From positions 128,001 to 192,000 of IMG/VR virus record IMGVR_UViG_3300032123_000052: a stretch of DNA of 64,000 nucleotides; one strand, written 5' to 3'. The notes under the pieces are model-generated. The model saw only the letters and a program-made list of their open reading frames with translations. It had not been told where the DNA came from and made no database searches. Numbering within the stretch: position 1 is the stretch's first letter; every line of letters begins with the position of its first letter. Shown here piece by piece: positions 60,718-64,000 of the stretch. The position numbers were made by a program, and so were the translations under genes. This stretch comes from a virus (Duplodnaviria; Caudoviricetes).

Positions 60718-62016
60718 TTATGGTAAACGGCTGTTTTGTAATAGTCTAACAGAATAACCGCTTCTGTTCTCACTAATGCCCCTTATAATGCGGACACAAT
60801 CATAATCTAGGCGTTGCACATACGAGTGTGATAATGGTGAGTTCGGACCTTTTGTAGAACTCCACAAACAACAGTTGTACCCAATACGCTGAAACTTACC
60901 ACTAGGAAAACCACGATAACCCGCAGGAAGCGCTGTAAACATACTTCTATTATTTTTTGACAAATCTGTACCAATAGCTCCGAGGCCTGTGTCCGGTTCC
61001 ATCCAATCTGTGTTGGCGGCTAATGATTTTGCTGCCTTATTACCCTCCGTCGTTCCATCCCAGTTGAAACCATTGGTTATTAAATAATTATTCAAAGTAT
61101 CCCACTCTGCGCTTGTTGGTACGTGCCATCCGGTCGGTGCTATTTTTTTTGGATTTTCCGAGTTTACCACATATTGGTTGTATAACGCTCCGTACTTTTC
61201 TATACTGTCGGAATTGGTTGTATTGTTGTAATAACAGTATGCCGGCGTGGCTAATGTTGACCACACAGTGTCGTTTGTTATCATTGGTATTGGCGAACCG
61301 TCATTATACCTCGTTGCGCGCAGGTTTTTCATCATCCATGTTTGTGTTCCTATTTTTACTGTGTAGTACGCATTGCCATCTATATCAACCACCATGTTAG
61401 GGCAGATTGTTAATTGTATGTTCATATCGTTTATATTTGTGCTTGTTATTGTTACTTGGTGATCAAAATACCCATCTTTAACAATTTTTATAACTTCATC
61501 AGTTGATGTACAGCTTGCTGTAGCTATTGAGCTATTCGCGCTTACTGCTGTACTAGTTAATGCCCTACTGATAGAGTTATTCTTTAATACAAATTTATTA
61601 TTACCAATTTTAATCTGATAGAAATAAATACCGACCCCTACACGCGGCAATGCTATTGAGCGCGTTCCAGCATTAATTGTTTTTCTTATTTCAGAAACAA
61701 TTCTTCCCTGAGGTGTGTATACAACCACCTCTATCAATAATTCTTTCTGAACATTTACGAACAAAAAGCCATTAAATATCTCTACAACATGTGTATAAGA
61801 AAGAGATTGTTTAATCTGATTACCTGTTATAACATCAGTAATCAAAAATTCTCCGTTCATTCCCGTAGTATCATTTAATCCAAAGCCTTCTAATATTACA
61901 TTAGCACCGACTACAGGCATGCCACTTGTATCTGTTACGATACCGCTGATATTTATATTCTGGGCAATACATATGGATATAAACATCAATCCTGTTAATA
62001 ATGTTTTGATAGTCAT
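60718..62016 (-). CDS. Secreted FISUMP-domain protein (Fibrobacter succinogenes major paralogous domain)
   Basis: Signal peptide, carboxypeptidase-regulatory-like N-terminus (ISGIVTD...VVGANV), then DIDGNAYYTVKIGTQTWM..NLR, YGALYN, PTGWHVP, FTALPAGYR, GYSVR. Confidence 0.88.
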   Translation of the reverse strand: MTIKTLLTGLMFISICIAQNINISGIVTDTSGMPVVGANVILEGFGLNDTTGMNGEFLITDVITGNQIKQSLSYTHVVEIFNGFLFVNVQKELLIEVVVYTPQGRIVSEIRKTINAGTRSIALPRVGVGIYFYQIKIGNNKFVLKNNSISRALTSTAVSANSSIATASCTSTDEVIKIVKDGYFDHQVTITSTNINDMNIQLTICPNMVVDIDGNAYYTVKIGTQTWMMKNLRATRYNDGSPIPMITNDTVWSTLATPAYCYYNNTTNSDSIEKYGALYNQYVVNSENPKKIAPTGWHVPTSAEWDTLNNYLITNGFNWDGTTEGNKAAKSLAANTDWMEPDTGLGAIGTDLSKNNRSMFTALPAGYRGFPSGKFQRIGYNCCLWSSTKGPNSPLSHSYVQRLDYDCVRIIRGISENRSGYSVRLLQNSRLP

Positions 62017-62157
62017 AAAATCCTCCTTTTATATTCAAAAAGTACGCGGGGGAGCGTTTCCATTCCCCTGCGCGTTGATTATTCTACTTAAGCTAATAAT
62101 TACATTTGGCACTCTTTCTTTTAAAATGAAAGGAATAATTATTACTCTTACATAATA

Positions 62158-62185
62158 GTTATACCACATAATTCTATATTATAAC
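62158..62185 (-). promoter_or_regulatory. Promoter motif GTTATA-N13-TGGTATAAC
   Basis: Same bipartite motif, upstream of the FISUMP gene. Confidence 0.65.
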
Positions 62186-62268
62186 TATCTGTTGATTGAA
62201 AAAAAGGTGCTTTTAACATATATTGTAATTATAACCACAATCCATCTTTAAAAAATTGAGGATGATGC

Positions 62269-64000
62269 ATGCCTCCTCCTGAATCCGGATATGGGCCAGT
62301 CAATTATGCTCGCCCGGGTAGCATAGACCCGTTTGCCGCATTTGATAATCGTATTCGTTACAACGATATGATTCGTCAACAAATGGTCTCGCAATATCAA
62401 CAGTCTACTGTCCAGCCGAAATCAATGACACTTGGGATGCAACGACACGTTGCACAGGATCCCCGGTTCCAATATGGAGTCCCGGGTGGACAAGATCCCC
62501 GCCATTACCAGAGACAGGCCCAGCTAAGACAGATGGGAGTAGGAACCGCGATTGCTAAGACGGCAATGGATATAGGAGCATGGGAAGCGGGTGCTGGTGT
62601 CGCTGCAGGGTTGAAGGCAGTAGGAATGGGTTTTTTCGGGTCGGGCATTGCTGTCCCTGCGATTGCCGCTGGAGCTGCATTATACATGCCTATGCGTGGA
62701 ATAAGCAATGCTATGGAGCGTCAGAGTTTCATGCATGGCATGGCTGCTGATATTGAACAGTACCGTGATACCCTTGGATTTAGTGGCGGATTATCATACA
62801 AGCAGACAACCAACCTTGCGGGGAGGATGCAGCGCAACATGTATCAGGGTGGTTTCTTTAATAAAGATCAGCAATCCCAAATACACAAAATAGCGTTGTC
62901 AAATAATATGATATCCGCAAAGGGTAGTGGCGCCACAGCGGGTACGATGCGCCAGTATGAGAAAAATTTTGAAGATCTGAAGGAGACAACTGAAGAGGTT
63001 GTTAAACTGATGCAGACTACGATTGAAGGTGGCATGTCTGTAATCAAAGAGCTTCAGCAAACCGGTTTCGGCACAATGCGCCAAGTGAAGCAACAGGTCA
63101 GGCAGGCTAAGGCATTCGGCGGTATTACTGGAATGGGTGCACAGAATATGATGTTACAGGGTGCTGCTGGCGCGCAGGCCGTTCAAGGAACCCCATGGGC
63201 AGCTAATGTTGGTGCGACCATGTATCAGACTGGTGCCGCACAGGCATCATATATGTCACGCATGGGCTCTGCTGGTGCGTATGCGGTACAGCGAGTTGGT
63301 GGCGTGGCTGCGGCTGGAGGTGTTCTTGCTAATGCGCAAATGAACGTTCTTTCTTCAGGCATGGGAACGAAGGCTGTTGCCTACACCATGAGTGCCGATG
63401 GTACTGTCGATCAAGATCGTATGGCACGATTGATGGGTGGAAAAGTTGGCGCATACGAAATGGTCGTTGGTGCGAGCCAGCGTGGATATGCTATGGGTAT
63501 ATCTGGTCGTGTTCTCTTTGAGAGAAACAAAGAGGACGCTCTTAACAATATGTCTGATATGGGTAGAACCCAGATGACCAATAAGATATTTCAGGCGTGG
63601 GGAAGAGGAAGATTCGGCAATGTCGAAGCGAAGGCATGGGCATTTGCCGGACAGTTCACCAATGATCAGAGGTCACAGAGATTGTTTGCAGAGAACCTGA
63701 CAAGACCAAAAGGGTTTGATGAGCAGTTTGGCGGGATGCAGGAAACGAGAGCAACTCTTACACAGCCGTCTGTCAAAAGACCATTAGGCCCTGTTGGAAG
63801 AGCGGTGGTAGGGACTGCTGGTGCTATTGGTGGAGCGTTCGATATGTTTGGTGAAGATGTTGTTTATCAGTCTGGAAGAGCAATTGGCGGGCTTTCTAAA
63901 GCATGGATGGATATTAAAAAGGGTGCTGGTGGCTTTGTCGAAGACGCACTGCAGGTTGCCGGGATTTATGATGAATATGGTGGTATTAACCGAGCCACAA
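62269..64000 (+). CDS. Tape-measure-like protein (partial, runs off the window)
   Basis: GAGGA RBS then MPPPESGYG...; open frame of more than 570 codons, rich in Gly/Ala/Met/Gln. Missing from the track because it has no stop in the window. Confidence 0.7.
   Translation, partial: MPPPESGYGPVNYARPGSIDPFAAFDNRIRYNDMIRQQMVSQYQQSTVQPKSMTLGMQRHVAQDPRFQYGVPGGQDPRHYQRQAQLRQMGVGTAIAKTAMDIGAWEAGAGVAAGLKAVGMGFFGSGIAVPAIAAGAALYMPMRGISNAMERQSFMHGMAADIEQYRDTLGFSGGLSYKQTTNLAGRMQRNMYQGGFFNKDQQSQIHKIALSNNMISAKGSGATAGTMRQYEKNFEDLKETTEEVVKLMQTTIEGGMSVIKELQQTGFGTMRQVKQQVRQAKAFGGITGMGAQNMMLQGAAGAQAVQGTPWAANVGATMYQTGAAQASYMSRMGSAGAYAVQRVGGVAAAGGVLANAQMNVLSSGMGTKAVAYTMSADGTVDQDRMARLMGGKVGAYEMVVGASQRGYAMGISGRVLFERNKEDALNNMSDMGRTQMTNKIFQAWGRGRFGNVEAKAWAFAGQFTNDQRSQRLFAENLTRPKGFDEQFGGMQETRATLTQPSVKRPLGPVGRAVVGTAGAIGGAFDMFGEDVVYQSGRAIGGLSKAWMDIKKGAGGFVEDALQVAGIYDEYGGINRAT

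Noticed and set aside
1-64000. Stop-codon reassignment as in some large phages
   Set aside because: Long recognisable genes (helicase, ligase, IscB, AAA) are intact in the standard code, and TAA, TAG and TGA all end genes.

Overview
This 64 kb window looks like part of a large (jumbo-type) bacteriophage genome read in the standard genetic code. It has dense, mostly minus-strand small ORFs with AGGAG-type RBSs and intrinsic terminators. There is one plus-strand block (about 43.8-51.0 kb), and a tape-measure-like gene runs off the right edge. Recognisable genes: an ATP-dependent ligase with a LigD-type phosphoesterase domain, a PolX-like protein, a HAD nucleotidase, two NUDIX hydrolases, a DinG-family helicase, an HNH endonuclease, a nucleotidyltransferase, a lipase, an AAA+ ATPase, a pentapeptide-repeat protein and a FISUMP protein. 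The window also holds tRNA-Lys, a tmRNA and an IscB/omega-RNA element. The standout is a compact CRISPR locus at 35.58-37.93 kb: a 442-aa TnpB/Cas12f-like protein whose RuvC catalytic sites look destroyed or truncated, plus a 12-repeat array with 29+32 nt geometry and no cas1/cas2 in the window. The array is flanked on both sides by two copies of an ~80-nt structured RNA. The copies differ almost only by compensatory base-pair swaps and carry a split anti-repeat, as expected of a tracrRNA. My inference is a phage RNA-guided DNA-binding (probably silencing) system. About 1 kb away lies a ~600-nt highly structured non-coding region with 23S-rRNA-like motifs. Other observations: a tmRNA with an atypical tag, a -1 frameshift tail-chaperone pair, attC-like hairpins between accessory genes, and a fixed-spacing non-canonical promoter motif. 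All calls were made by eye; no database searches were run.
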